From: Phoronis australis
Taxonomy: Eukaryota; Animalia; Phoronida
Length of the DNA: 64,000 nucleotides
Assembly: GCA_002633005.1 (NCBI GenBank)
Contig: NMRA01000104.1
Location: forward strand, 680,841-744,840
Direction: 5' to 3'
Shown here: one piece after another, positions 24,501 to 39,500 of the stretch
Numbering within the stretch: the first letter of the stretch is position 1
Layout: every line of letters begins with the position of its first letter
Program-made: the position numbers and the translations under genes
Notes under the pieces: generated by a model
Seen by the model: only the letters and a program-made list of their open reading frames with translations
The model's database searches: none
Told to the model about the DNA's origin: nothing

Positions 24501-27500
24501 TTACATCATTACAATGACAGACTGGCCTGTCTACATCAGTAACTACAGCGCAGGTACCACGTCCAGAACAGTCAGGGGTCCCCGGACAGTCAGGCACATG
24601 GCATCCATCACCAGTCCAACCTGCAGGTCAAATAGAGTGTCCTGAGTCTCAACATTGACAGCTGATGGAAAGGGAAAAGTGTCTTGAAGACGAGGCATTT
24701 GATTTAATAGCCGCAGCAAAATTAGGTCATCATCCAGTGAAGCAATGACTGAGTCATGACGCATAAAATGGGGCAAATAAACACATCATATAAGATCAAT
24801 GACTACATTTGTTACGAAGGTCACATTTCTTGAATAACGTACCATGCGACACTAGTGAAGGTTTACATTAATTACAAAAGCGTAATATTGGGCACCGTAT
24901 AAACAGGAAACATGTTGGGCATCTCACAATAAAACTAAAGACTTTTTTGGCAAAAAATCAATGATTCCTGGTTACCTGGGAAACAAGTGCAAACTTGGGT
25001 CTCAGTACTACAACTTCCATGTCCAGAGCAGTCTCTGTTGTTGCCAGGGCAACCCTTGACCTCGCACTTTGAACCTCGCCATCCACTGTCGCATGAGCAT
25101 CTGACATTGTTGGAACACTGGCCGTGACCAGAGCACTCACTGGTACAGCCTCTGCCAGAGAAACATGGACGACACTTGCACAGTCCACTGTTTGGAGGAT
25201 CCTGGAATAGTATGAATAATGCTGTCACAAATTTCAAGTCGTCTATCATACTGAAAATAATTCTTTACAGACTGCAAATAATTAAATTCTTCAAGAAACA
25301 TGACAAACTGCAACATACAAGAAACAAAAAAGTTTAAAACATATTAAAACAAGATGTTTGTCAAAGAAAATGTCTACCTGAACGCCATAGGTACATGGAT
25401 CGTTGCAGTCAGCACCCATCCAACCTTGTAGACAGTCAACACATATAGGAGGGTCATGTAGCTTGTTACACCTGCCTCTACCAAAGCAGTCAGGGGAGCC
25501 GGGACAGTCTGGGACATTACATCCCAGGCCCTCCCAGCCAGGGAAGCAAGTGCACTCGTGTCTGGCAGCATTACATTCACCATTACCGGAGCAGTCTTTA
25601 TTGTAGTCGCCAGGGCAACCGGGTCTGTCACACAAACTACCTCTCCAGCCTGACAAAGAAACAATCATGATCTTATTACGAACATAGCCAGTGATAACAG
25701 TGAATGAAATGGATGACTCGGGGTATCTTAGTGTATTACCATGGAAATATAAGTAAGAATTTTATCCTACAGTTTTCTTACACGCCATATGTTGGTCACA
25801 TCACGTGACCAGTAGTCAAAGTCTGAAAAGATCACAGTCCCCACCTGGGCTCCAACCTCAGACTTTCTGCTAAGCCTGAAGATGCTTTAGTCCATTGAGT
25901 AATCGGGGCCACCAATCGATTACAGATATTCAATCAGACATATAGGAGGCTTGTAACCAACATATGGAAAGTAAGAAGACCTAGTAATAATTCTAAATCA
26001 TACAATACTGATGACCTGGTCTACTAGAACGCAATTACATCGCGAAAATAGTTTACTAACTGGTCACAACAAACATCATACAACTCCTGCATAGGACTGA
26101 TCCAAGTCACACATTGCTACTATGTCAATGCAGAGGATTCAAACACAAAGTCGTGTTCAATCAAATGTGTATTAATAACAATTTACTACCAAACTATACT
26201 ACTTGCTTACAGTACAGCTCTATTATAAACAAATTTTAATTCAACAAACACCCCTGAAGATAGGCTAATAGCCTTGTTAGCTGTCCCACTAATACAGAAC
26301 AATAAATAAACTTATACACTTAACTTAAAGGCAAAAGTCATTAAAAACATCCTTTCCATGTCAATGTTTTCAAAGCCTTACACTGATATTCCTCCAGATT
26401 TGTTATAAATAACCTCACCTTCCTCACAGACACAGACTCCATTGACCACCTGTCCATGGTATGAACAGGGTACGTCACATTCAGTGCCCACCCAGCCTGG
26501 ATCACAGGTACAGTTGTTGCTGCCTGGGGGGAACTGGGTACCATGGAGACATCGAAGTTCACACGCATCTCCCTGGTAACCATTGTAGCATATACACCTT
26601 GGTGGCTCATAAGTAGAGCTACAGACACCATTATCTGAGGGAACAAACAAGTCAGCATGGCTTAACCATCAGGGCAGTCAGGTCAATAATCACTTACAGA
26701 AAAGAGAAGGCCCAATAACAGTTCTACATACTAATAAAAACACAATGGGCCAATTCACTGCTCTAACAGCAGAAAGGACAACTGAGAGTCACTGAATAGA
26801 TAGCCAGAGGTATATCACTGGCTACAGGTCTGTCACCGACCACAGGCTTGTCACTGGCAAGAGAAAGCTCGGAGGTAATTGAGTGCCGAGTATTGAATCA
26901 AACTGAATAATTATTCTAATCAATTACCGGAGCAAATGGACCCAACACACTCATGGGCTGGTAAATCATTCTAAATGTAAAAAGTACAGCTATGCAAAGC
27001 AACACACTCAAAAAATTTTCAAAACAGTAATACAAACAGGATGTTAACACACTGCAAACTTCTCGGCACATCAAAGACTTCATGGTCGAACCACACAATG
27101 AAGTGAGCTTATTGCTATTCGTGGGCTCAGCTAATGTGTATTAAATGAGATGACTCTGATCGTAACCAACGTGCCTGTTTAGTGTACTAGTATCAATTAA
27201 AAAAAAACAACCAAAATGTTAAAATTGAAAAGTAAATATTAGCCGCCTTTGAATTTTTAAAATCGGTGCATTATAAAAGAAATTGTAGTGAATAATGTGT
27301 TTTCATCAGCAGTGCAGCTGAGCCACGCAAATTGATTAATGAAAATGTTTTTATTAATTCTTCTTTACTTGAGTTGAAAAATTTTACTATTCTGCCATAT
27401 CGTGTTCTAATTTGAAGAAGCTTAAATTTACAGTTCTAATAAAAATGCCACAGCAGATAACCACCTCTGACATGAACGTGATGTAGATATCATTTGGCAT

Positions 27501-30500
27501 TGACTGGACTTTCAAAGTCCTTGATATTGGGACATGACTTTCCATGTCACCAGCCATAGCCAATGACAGTATACATACCATTACAGTTGGGTGATCCAGG
27601 ACAATCAGGCTTTTCACAGCCCAGTCCTGTCCATCCTGGATGACATGTACACAGGTGTAGAACAGCATCACAACCACCGTGACCACTACAGTCTCGTTTG
27701 TATAAACCAGGGCAGCCAGGGATATCACACAGGGAACCTGTTACAGCAATAGACACTGGATAACAAACTTTGGGTTGCAAACACAAAGGCATGCAAGATG
27801 AGTTAATTAAAAACATTTTATGAAACAAAAGAAAATATTTGAGATTTAGGCATAATTAGAATGGACCAACTGTTCCTAGACCAGATACTGTAATGCAAAC
27901 TGAAACAACAGATACAGAACTGGTACAGAAATTATTGAAAGTACTTGGTGTCACCTGTTCAACAGCTTGAAAAGTGAAAGTGTAGGCGACTTATATTTCA
28001 GTGATTTATTTTGCAATTCTGTCAACTGTGACTTGAAAAACACTGCGTGAAGTCAAACTCAAATTAGCCTGCCATAACTTCTATTTATGTCGCAGTCGTT
28101 GCTTTGCTGAGAGGGTTGGTCAACAGACTCTTGATGACCACAAATACAGAGATATAAAAACAATGAATGAAATAGCATATTTTCATTAAACTCTTGTTCA
28201 TAACATTCGCAACACAGGAAGTACAAGACATTAACAAACTGTTGTCAGCTTGGGTCAATGAAAAAATGTCGGCAGGCAATTGAATGTATGACGTGTGCAT
28301 TTTGCCTTCTGGTACTTTAAATTATATGACAACCATGCTATTGTATTTTTGAGTCCAAAATTGGATGAAATCTAACAAAATTTAAAATAATCTCTGATAA
28401 GTGTAGCCTACCAACTAGCTGTAACAGACATTTTTATACAACCTTGTACCTGAGTGCAATCGCAAGAGGAGTGCCTAAAATCAGTCTACTGGTTCACAAG
28501 TCACGTTAACCCCAGATCCCAAAATATAACATTAATTGTAAATAATAATTATTAAACACGGCTGAGCTTGTACAACAAAAAATGCTCAAAAGAAGCAAAA
28601 GATATCCTTGCTGAAGCCAGAGTACGCCCATCTAACTTCCCTCATTAAACATGCTCACCTTTCCATCCAGTGGCATAGTCACACTCACACTGACCATTGA
28701 TAATGCGTCCATGACCAGAGCACTCACTGTTGCAGCCAACTCCAGTCCAGCCTGGCTGACACAGACATGAGCCACTGTTGGCTGGTGTTTCCTGGCCATG
28801 CACACACGGGTCATTGCACGCTGGTCCCATCCACGGTCCTTGACAGTTGAGACAGACTGGAGGGTCACTATCAGTGCTGCAGTTACCTCGACCATGGCAG
28901 TTAGGCGTACCTGGGCAATCAGGCAGATGACAAGCGACACCTCTCCAACCAGGGCGACAACTGCACTCCATCAACTCACTGTTACAGTCACCATGACCGG
29001 AGCAGTCCAAGAAAGTGCCAGCATGAGGGCAACTGCGTATGTGACAGTAGCGCCCTCTCCAGCCCACCATTGGGTCACAGTAACATTCATTGTTTTGGTC
29101 ACAAACCCCATGTGTAGAACACTCCACGTTGCATCCCTTACCATGGTGGCATGTGGTGTTACACACGCACACATTATCCTCATTGGATGATCCATACACA
29201 CAGGGGTCACCACATGCTGGGCCTGACCAGCCGGCGATACAGTGTTCACATCGTGGGGGGTCAACATTGGGGTTACAGTAGCCATGGTTGTAGCAGTTGG
29301 GGGTACCAGGGCAGTCTGGGGCAGCGCAGTCACGGCCTGACAGGGAAACAATGCAATGAAAAGTTGAGTGGACATTCAATAATCAACAGGTTTCAATATA
29401 ATACAAAATTATACAATATCTGAAATTAAACATGACAATAAAGAACATCTCACAAAAAGTACACAAGTCAGTATTTTGACAGACACGTGACAAAACTTTA
29501 GTGACCACCCTTCTAAGCATTGGAACACTGTGATTTCACAAGCGTGTTCAATAAGGCTGCAACACGCGAGTGCCAGGAGCGATCACTTTCTTAAGCAAAT
29601 TTGGCGAGTACTCATGAGCGTAGGCTAGTGCTCGCGATCACTCTCAATAGCTATAGTTTACTTAGAAATAAAAAATATTAAAATATTTGATGTGATTTCT
29701 TTGAGCAATGCCAATCATTCAACGATATTGGGTCGAAGTACATCACAATACGTACAAGATAGTTGGATCTAATTACCATAAAGTTGGTAACAGACTGAAA
29801 TAAATAATATTTAATTCAATGGCGTGTGTATGCTTCATTTCAATTACTGAAGTGAGTGGATGTTGTCGTAAACGAGTTCTCACTTTACGGTGGGTGCATG
29901 CATGCTCTATTGAACAGGCCTCTAATTTACCAATTTCCCTTGGTTTCAAAATTGTAATTTGCAGAGTATGATGAACATGATATAGAGTACTTCTTACCAG
30001 CCCATCCTGGAACACAGTAGCACTGATGTGTGGCCGCATTGCAGATACCATGGCCAGTACAGTCCTGAGTGACGCCTGGACAGCCTGGTCGAGAACACAG
30101 AGAACCACGCCATGACTCATCACACTGACATTGTCCATTCAAACATTGACCATGACCATGACACATTGACTGACAGTGAGGTCCATGGTAGCAGCTGTCA
30201 CATAGACACTGACTGTTGGAGCATGAACCATGTCCACCGCACAGCATCTCACAGTTAGTTCCAGTGTAGCATGGCTTACACAGACATTCACCATCTACAC
30301 TGCATGTTCCATGTCCATTGCATGTAGTCGAGGGGTCACATTCGTGTTCACAGTGGTAGCCAACGTATCCCACATCACAGGCACAAGAACCTTGATGGTC
30401 ACAGAAACCATGACTGTTACACGTGCTATGGCGACCACAGAGGTACTGACAGTTGAAGCCGACATAATCGCTGTGACATGAGCAGGTTCCATTGGCGAGT

Positions 30501-33500
30501 CGGATTCCATTGCCAAAGCAACGTTCATCGTAGTGACAAAGTGTACCAGATGATCCACGTCCAGCACCAGTACTTGAACCTGTGAAATATCAACATTATT
30601 CAAAGAAAAAATGTACTGACAGTATGGCTGCCAATAATGGCATGAAGCTGTTCCTACTGTGATTACTAAATCGTTTAATACTAAATGGTCAGCACATACA
30701 CACTAATATCACAACAATAGAAACTGAACATACCTCCATTCACTGACAGGTGATAATTCAGTACTTTCTGCGTATATACAGCTGAGACAGTTCGCAGACG
30801 ACCACCACCACCACCTCCACCATAGTGGTTACAGCAGCAGCCGCCGCCTATACATCTACCACAGCAGTCCCAACCAGAGGAGCCCCCATGGGCTGCTAAC
30901 CACCCCCAGCCTGGTAAGGAATGAGAGATAATACTCCATTAATGGTGCTTACAAACAGGTAGATGTAAAAGTGATGTTTTTGGCAGTGTCAAATCTGCAT
31001 GCATCACTGATTTCATGTATATTATCATAACGCACTCAAGAATCCCACAACAAAGTCTTAGACAAACTGAATAAAGGGGTAGCAATGCACCAAAATTTAC
31101 CATTCTGAATTCATTCATGTAATGTGATAGAGTACAACAGGACATGGGTGCCATTCAAGTGATGAAAATTTTAAAACAAAACATACCCTCAATGCGCAGT
31201 CCATCGGTCCAGATGGTGCCACCACTTCCACCACCACCAGCACCTACACCATTAGCTCCATGTGCAGTGACACGCCCTTCCAACTCCACCAGCTCATTGC
31301 CTACAACTCTATACAGTCCACCGCCACCCCCTCCATTGTTGCCATGACAGTGACCGCCACCACTTCCAACATGAACAGGAAGACACTGGTTTCCATACAC
31401 TGGGCCTCTTCTAGACTGACATCCAGACACTCTGCTACCGGTGCCATGTCCACCTTGACCCCCGTAACCAGCACCAATACCACCACCGCAGGAGCCCTCA
31501 GTCCCAGGCCCAGAATAACCAGGGTAACCTTTGTGGTCACTTTCAATCAAGCTGGCTTTCTCAGATTTAAAAAATGAACACCAAACAGATAATGTATCAG
31601 TAATCCTGACTTTTCCTCGGTGGTCCAAGTCAAATCGCGACACAAACAAGGATAATCCATCCGAAACAATTCTTGCAGATGCACCGTATGTTAACAACTG
31701 GGCATTATCAACAATGGTTATGCTGGACAAGATGTATGAACCATGAGACGAGGTGTTGCTGTTAGTTGTGCCAGACTTGTGCAAAGAGAGAACTCCTTTC
31801 AAATATAGATCTTTAACACGATACAGGTGTCCTTTTATCTCCATATTCCGAAGAACATAAAATATGGGTGGTACAGTAAGATGGCCATTATTGTTAATGC
31901 GTATGTTGACCAGGGGATATGCATAACCTGCCTCTGGCCCAACATGTACTCTTGTGGAGGATAGAATTTCTACAAGTCCAGAACCATCCCCGCCAAGTAC
32001 ACTGATGGACACGTTTGTAGTCTGTAAATTAAACAGATTACAATTAATATTTTGCACTTAAAAATATAACCACTGTCACAGACTGACCGGATGACAAGGG
32101 AAATTGAAGAGGTACGCATTTGAGAACGGCAAAACCTTTTTTGGTTGATGATTTCGACGTCAGTTTTTGGTGACCTCAGATTTCCTTTTACAATCTGGGA
32201 TTTAAACTAGTCACCAGATGCAACTTGGCGTCAAGTTAAGTAAGTGTAAAGCATTGAACATAGTAAGTGGCAGTGTACACAAGTCAAGTCACCCCCACTG
32301 TGTTGCACAGACCGTTTAAACAATATAGGCTGGGGCGTATCAACAAACCTATAGCAGTTGTAATGCGCAATTTTAAATTTTCTTTACTTTTGTCATAGTT
32401 CAACACTTTTATCACTCAAACAATGAAAAGGCAGTCAATTTTTAATGACAGATAGAGTTTCTAGAGTCTGCAATATCAAAATTGCTTGGGAAATAATGTT
32501 GCCATAAACACGTAGCAGTTATCACGGACAGTCATCTCTGCTCCTCAATACACAAAAAAGTCCCAACTGGTGTAGAAGCATTCATAGTTGCCACTTTGGA
32601 AAAAGATGGCAGTTCCTAGGGAGCTCTCTGTCTGCAGTGACCCCCATGACTTATAAGTCTCTTAAGTTTAAAAATTTACACCTCACTCACCCCAATCACC
32701 TGTTGACAATACATTGCCATAGATTTTGTAAGAGCAATACAATAAAGCTAATCTGTGTGGAAATAATTACAGGCACACTATTTTCCAACAAAGATTTACA
32801 CACTCCGTGAACTTGGGCATGTATTTATGAATAGGCTTAACTTGCTGTTTGGCTGGGGTTAACCTTGCTGTCCCCAGAATTCCTTTGACAAAAGTACTCC
32901 CTCTTGCCTAGTCTTGGTGTAGCAGTGTCTGCCATGTTTTCTATATGCAAGTAGGTAGTCACCTTATTCAGTTAAGTAGGCTGACCTTACAACCTTCATA
33001 AGCAGCACGCAGTGAAGGACTTTCAGACTGGTGTTGACATTCTTGACGACGAATAAATTGAAAAATAAAATAACACGTTCCCACGAATCTCTGAAAGTGT
33101 CGGTCTTGTGTAACTATATTCACATTTTTTGAAATGCAGTTAATGAGCAGAAAATTCTTAATCACAACTACAGGGTGATCGTGGGTCAAAAAGAAACGCC
33201 TAGAAACTTAGTAAACCTCCTTAAACAAGGAACATACCTGAGTTCTGAAACAAGCCCGGGCAGTCAGGTAGACCTCATCTAGAATGAATGAAGTTGCATC
33301 ATTCACATAGACCGGATTGTCACAAGTGTTCACTCCTCCTCTGTTGCTGTTATCTAGATACAACTTCCTAACATTAGCTGCGCCATCACTGCGCTGGACT
33401 AGAACAGTACCAGGAGAGCCATGATGGGATGAGGCCCGTTGGTACCCAGTTCCACCAACTGCCTGCAATGTCACTGTCAGATCACTGGTGTCAAACAGAA

Positions 33501-36500
33501 AGACTGAGATACGACCTCCACTCCCAGCTCCATTTCCACCTACAAGCACACACACACATCCTTTTAGAAGTAACCTTGGCAAATAAAAAACTAAAACATG
33601 TAATATCTGGCTGCTTTTATAAAGGATATCAAAAAATTCACACAATATACAAGATCTGTTACGAAAAAAATGAGCCAACAAAATGTAGAACAAATCAAGA
33701 ATGTGGTTTGACAGAGAATGCTACAATTACAAGTTACGTATTAGTACATTAGGCATTTAAGAACAGAAGATATGGAACGGATGAAAATCTGGTTGAATGC
33801 AAAGAATACAACTGGAGGTATATAAAATTAATCAAACCAAAACAAAACAAAAATCTTTCAAAAAGACTAACCAAATCATTGTGAGACTCAACTGTGAACT
33901 ATGAGGAACCTAGCACAGGTAAAAATTGACCTTTGAATGGTGATGGTCCCATGGTTGGAGTGAACACAACAGTCCATTGAATTCACATCCTACTGCTTGG
34001 GTTGCTTCTTCACCTGTGTAATCCTCTAATGACACTTCATTACGCCATAAAACTAATTGGCAGGTGAGCCTAGCCAGCTGGCTCTGAGTGGTGTTGAAAT
34101 GGAATGGGGTAATTGAAACTCGGGCTTCAGTTCACAAAGTTACCAGAGGTTTTGGCTTGAATTCTCACCTGTACTAGGTCCCTCATGAACATCAACAAAC
34201 AACTTTAGAGCCTGGTGAAAGGCAATAATCAAAAGAAGTTATCAAGCATTACACACACACACAAACACACTTGATAAAACAAATAAAGACATTTTTTGTG
34301 TTCTTATCTCAGACTGGATATTATGATGTTTTTTTCTCACACTTCCACATCCATATTGAACATTTTATTCTCCAACTTGTACAATTTGGATGAAACTTGG
34401 TATATTATGGATGCTTAGTCAGCTTTTCATAAAATAATATAAAAATTGAAGATGTGTTTGGAAGAAATACGTAAAGCTGGTGGACATGACAGTATTGGAT
34501 ACATCAATTACCAAATGTCAAATCAAAATGCGAGACTGGTTTTGTTGTCTTTAATCGACTTTAGAATAGCATTCATTCAACTAAGTCTGGGAAAATGTAC
34601 GAAAATCTAAACAGTATGTATGAAACATGCAAAATATGGTCTCTTGCTGAATAGGGATGGTTATCTAAAAGATTTCTTCTAGGCTGGGTGTTCGTCAAGG
34701 GTGTCAAGTGTCAATGTGCTTGGTATATTTTATGTATTTGTAATGTGGGTCGGAGACATGTTACTTATTCATAAAGCCCAAGTTGAGAACACCATCAATA
34801 CTGACTCATTAGTACCTTTAGTTTTCAGGGCTTGGAATGACCAATGACAAAAAACGCGGAAACTTTTACGGCCCAAATCATGCCCGATAACCAGCCTTTG
34901 AAATGGTCCGCGACAAAAATCGGGAGGACTAAAAACACCATCAGTAGCATGCGTCTGCGTCCTTTTCGCTCGCCCGTCCACTCCCAACCCACACAAATTT
35001 GGCTGCAGAGCGATAGTATTTGTCGCCGCGCTTTGATAACACGAGCCGCCATTGAAAATCACACCACGCTTTACCCAGATGCCCCGGCAATGTTGACAAT
35101 TTACGTTCCTCCGAAACATAAAGACTTCCGCTTTCCGAGGTGAACGTCGTCTGCAACGCCGCGGTAAGAAAGGAATTTGCCGCGGAAATTTCATATCAAA
35201 TCCGATTTTTTTACGCGGAAATATTATAAAAAAGCGGAAAGCACATTTCAAAAAAGCGGAAATCCGCGTTTCCGCGGAAAATTCCAAGCCCTGAGTTTTG
35301 ACATCCCATTTGGGAGTCACACATCACATAGCCACAGCCACACAATAAAACCATTTTGTTTACCGTAAATTACAGGATTGTTTCGAACCAGTACTCTAGC
35401 TGGAGCATTCCCACCATTCGACCGAATTACACCATAGCCTCTTAGTGTCAATGCTTGCACATAGATGGAGCCACCACTGCCTCCCCCGCTTGGAGATGTA
35501 GTGCTGCCAGTCATACCATTGGTTGAAATCAAGCCATTCACCTCGAGTTTCTAAACAAGATTCAAATTACTGATGTGCAAATTTCACTTACTTAATACTA
35601 AAAGTATGTCATCTTTTTATTATGAGGCTGTTCATAAGTGACTACAAACTCAGTGACCATCACAAAAACCAACTGTTTGCCACTTAAAGATATGAAATTG
35701 GTCTCACATTAGATAATTTCTGGACTAAGAAACAAGTGACAGTTCGAGAATGCTCTACATGTTGGCTAGTCACAGCAGGTAGTTTTAAATAGTGAGCAAG
35801 GTTTTAAATAATTAATAAATTACTATCAGTTCTATGAAAACCAAGATGGCGATTCTCATCAAAGTAATGTCAGACTAAATTGTGAAGCACACAAAGATTG
35901 ATCCAGAAGTTGTCTGAAAAATGAATAGCAAGACGAGCGAGTTCCAATCATATTGAAAGTTGAAAAAAGAATATATAATTTAATTTCCCATACACCAACT
36001 TCAATAACACAGAACCTTATGTTGGAGCCTATTCCTTCCATAAATATGGACTCCTCAACCTGTAAAACAGTCAACATCAATTTCAAAAAGGTGTATAATT
36101 TATGTAGTTACTCTACTCACCAAAGAAGCCCGTATGGCCAAACTAGAGCCACCTGCACCCCCGGCACCTCCTCCACTTCCCGGCTGTTGTGGCATAGACC
36201 ACGAACCATATGGTACACCACCAGAAGGCGCCACAGCATGACCTGTCCAGCCAGCCCCACCTGCATTGGAAAACGAATTACATAAAATGACGAACACACA
36301 AACTTAAAAATTAGTCAGAAAAATCAAATGCAAAATAATTTGCTTAAAAGATCTACAGTTGGTGAAATGTGAATTCAGCAGAGATTATGTAAGCGTGGAG
36401 AGTAAGACTGGCCAGGGCAGGGGAGTAGGCAGGAAGGGAAGAATGGTGAAATTGGGGAATTCAGCAAGGAAAAATAATGCAAGTACATTTCCGGAAAAAT

Positions 36501-39500
36501 GTTCAAGCCCAAACCAATTTGGATAAAACAATTGCGTTGAAATGTGACTATCTAAAAATTTTTCAGACTGTCGTATGTTGAAATTACAAAATTTTCACTT
36601 CATTTAAATTTAGTAACAAAACATAGCATCACTAACTGGAAATTTCTAAGAACCGAATAAGTCAGTCAAGAAGGCTTTCTTGACAATCATAACTTACCTG
36701 ATGATGCATAACCAGCACCTGATGCCACAGATCCGTGTACAGACCCCTTGCCAGGCCCTTGCCCAGCGCCATAGCCATGTCCGTCCCCAACAACATTGCC
36801 TCCAGATTCAACCACCATATCAGAACACTCAACCGTGACACGCATGGAATTCATGTTCAACCTGCCCCCTTTCTTGATGGTCAACATTCCAGCATCGATC
36901 ACTGGATGTCTAGGATTCATGTCAATAGTAAAGTGCCCCAAATTGTTAATGGTTAGCTCACCAATGGTGAACTTGCCTGGACTGTACTGTGTGTTCCACT
37001 GGTCCCAACTCATGACCTCTTTGCTAGTGTGTGCAGTGCCATGCATTGTAAACTCCCCATTACGTTCTACAAACATTTCCTCCACACCAGTCAGTCGACC
37101 TTCCAACACCACTTTCTCTGCCAGAATGTAGACAGTTGTTGGCAAGACCAGATCACCTCCCACATCCACATGGAAGCCACAGGGAGCATCAAGATAAGTA
37201 TGAGTCGAATTAACAAAGTGTACTGTCAACCGCTGCCTAGTCTTTACCCTGACAAACCCTTTCTTGTTTCCAGTGAGCTCATGAACAACAACAGAAACGT
37301 TATCAGAACCAGTAGGATGATAAAAATGAACGTAAGAATAGCCTTCCACTTGAACTTCATCAAATTCATAGAACTCTGTATTATTTTCCATCACCATTGC
37401 AGGATTGGTTACTGAAATGTTCCCATTGTCAATTTTCAGCTTGGCATGTTCAGGTTTGAAATATGAAGCATTAAACTGTGGGTTGTATTTGAGTTCCCTG
37501 TACTGAGGCCCTCGTCTGCTCTCATACTTGTATACAGTCCCAGGACCACCAGGCAAATGTCCTTGACCTCCTTTGGATGAGAAGATACCGCCATAATTGT
37601 TTTCATGGTTAATGTGAACGCCAATTCGGCCGCCACCACCCCCTCCTCCACCTGAGCCTACAACAAAATGCAGAGCTAGTTGAATTCTTAATCCCTAAAG
37701 CAGGCCTCAGAGATAAAATCAAAACACTAAATAACAGATAACAGTGGTACGTGAAAGTATGTTATGCACAGAATTACCTTAAGTCTGGTAAATAAAATAC
37801 TTTTATTTCATCAATAATGGAAATGACCTTATGTAATAACTTACTGTGTCCAGTGCCACCGTCTACGTCAATGTGTCCATGTCCAGTCATATTGGTAGCC
37901 TCTATCAGAACGCTACCCCCACTTCCTCCTCCAGAGGTCACTACATGTCCAGCTGAACCGGTAGCAACAATACGGCCATTCAGATGAAACAGCTTGCCCA
38001 CCTTGATGTTCACAAATCCACCACCACTACCGCCGTCTCCATTGGTGCCATGTCCACCACCACTGCCAAGGTGAGTCGGAGTGTATACGGAGCCATAAGC
38101 TTGGTGAGTCCCCGACCCACCACCAACACCGCCATAACTTCCACCAGAACCAGAGATACCCGCACCAGGACCCATGTCACTAGCATATCCAGTACCGATT
38201 AAGTTAATAACAGCTTCACTTTCCAGATCAGCATCACCAACTTCAATGAAACCATGGTTCATAAATATTGCGCCTTGATACTTAATTTCCATAAATGATG
38301 CAGTAACTGTCAAGTCTGACGTGATCCTCCTCAGCTCCAGCAAGCCGTTCCTTTTGATTACACTTACAGGGAATGTTATGTTTCCTTCTGTTGTCATGAA
38401 GATGTATGTACCATTTTCTGTGAGTGATGTTTGTGTTGTTGAAGACACGGTGATGGAAGCTGCGGATTCAACAAACAATCTATGAATTCCCGTTACCATT
38501 CCAGACAAGGTAGAGTTAACACCGTGAATATGGGTTTCAGCCGGGAAGACGATCTCTGAGCCATAATCAGTGATATAACTACAAGGTGCTTCTGTAACAT
38601 TAGACACAGATTCTACAACTTCCACATAAAGTGTCTGGTTGTTTCTTAAGTGCAGCTGACCAGTTTTGTCACCAATAAATCTGTGGACAACAGCGGTTAC
38701 TTGACTTCCATTTGGATGATATATCAAAAGTCTGGACGCTCCTGTCAGTTCCATTTCATCAAACTCAAAGGAAAGAGCTTTGCCTTCAATGATCATAGAT
38801 GCACCAGGAACTTGATGGCCTTCATTGTCAATGTGGATGTACTTGTGATCAACTTCAAAGAAGGTCTCATTACTATCTTTCATGTACTTCAGTTGTCGGT
38901 ACTGCAGTGGCCTCAAGTTTTCTTCTACGTAGATGATACCAGCAGCGGCACCTGTATTATCACCATACTGACCGGATCCACTACCACCACGGTCAATGAA
39001 AGATCCACCATATGAATAATGCCATCGGCAGTGAATGGCAGCATGCCCTCCAGCACCGCCACCTCCTCTACCATATCCAAACCCACCCATGACATTGACT
39101 GCACCATGACCAGTCATGTTGGTAGTCTTCAAAAGGACACTCCCACCACTGCCACCAGCAGCATTAGAGCCACTGCCATTTGAACCTCTCAAACTAAGAA
39201 CCCCATTGAGTTCGATGTTATGAGCAATATCCCAGAGAAGAGTTCCACCGCCAGAGCCACCAGTACCTCCGCCATTACCACCTCCACTTCCGGACTCAGT
39301 TGGATTCACAACACTGCCATATGGAGTCTGTAAGATATGTGTGTTCCAGCCACCACCTTCTCCACCATGGCTCGCCCCATATCCATACGCACCAACAGTA
39401 TAACCCTGGCCAAGTCCTGACTCTGGACCATGTCCCTTGCCATCAAAATGCAGTGTTCCCTGGCTTTCAATCCATACAAAGCTGTTCTGAATGTGAGCAT

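Noticed and set aside
13438-30579. Calling the gene tenascin, teneurin, MEGF or Notch
   Set aside because: The EGF type is tenascin-like, but no FNIII, fibrinogen, YD/NHL, LNR or ankyrin domains are visible, so no gene symbol is assigned.
34769-35320. 183-aa ORF as a transposase
   Set aside because: It overruns the TIR boundaries, is too short, and has no recognisable DDE or BED motifs. It is an incidental ORF in GC-rich MITE DNA.
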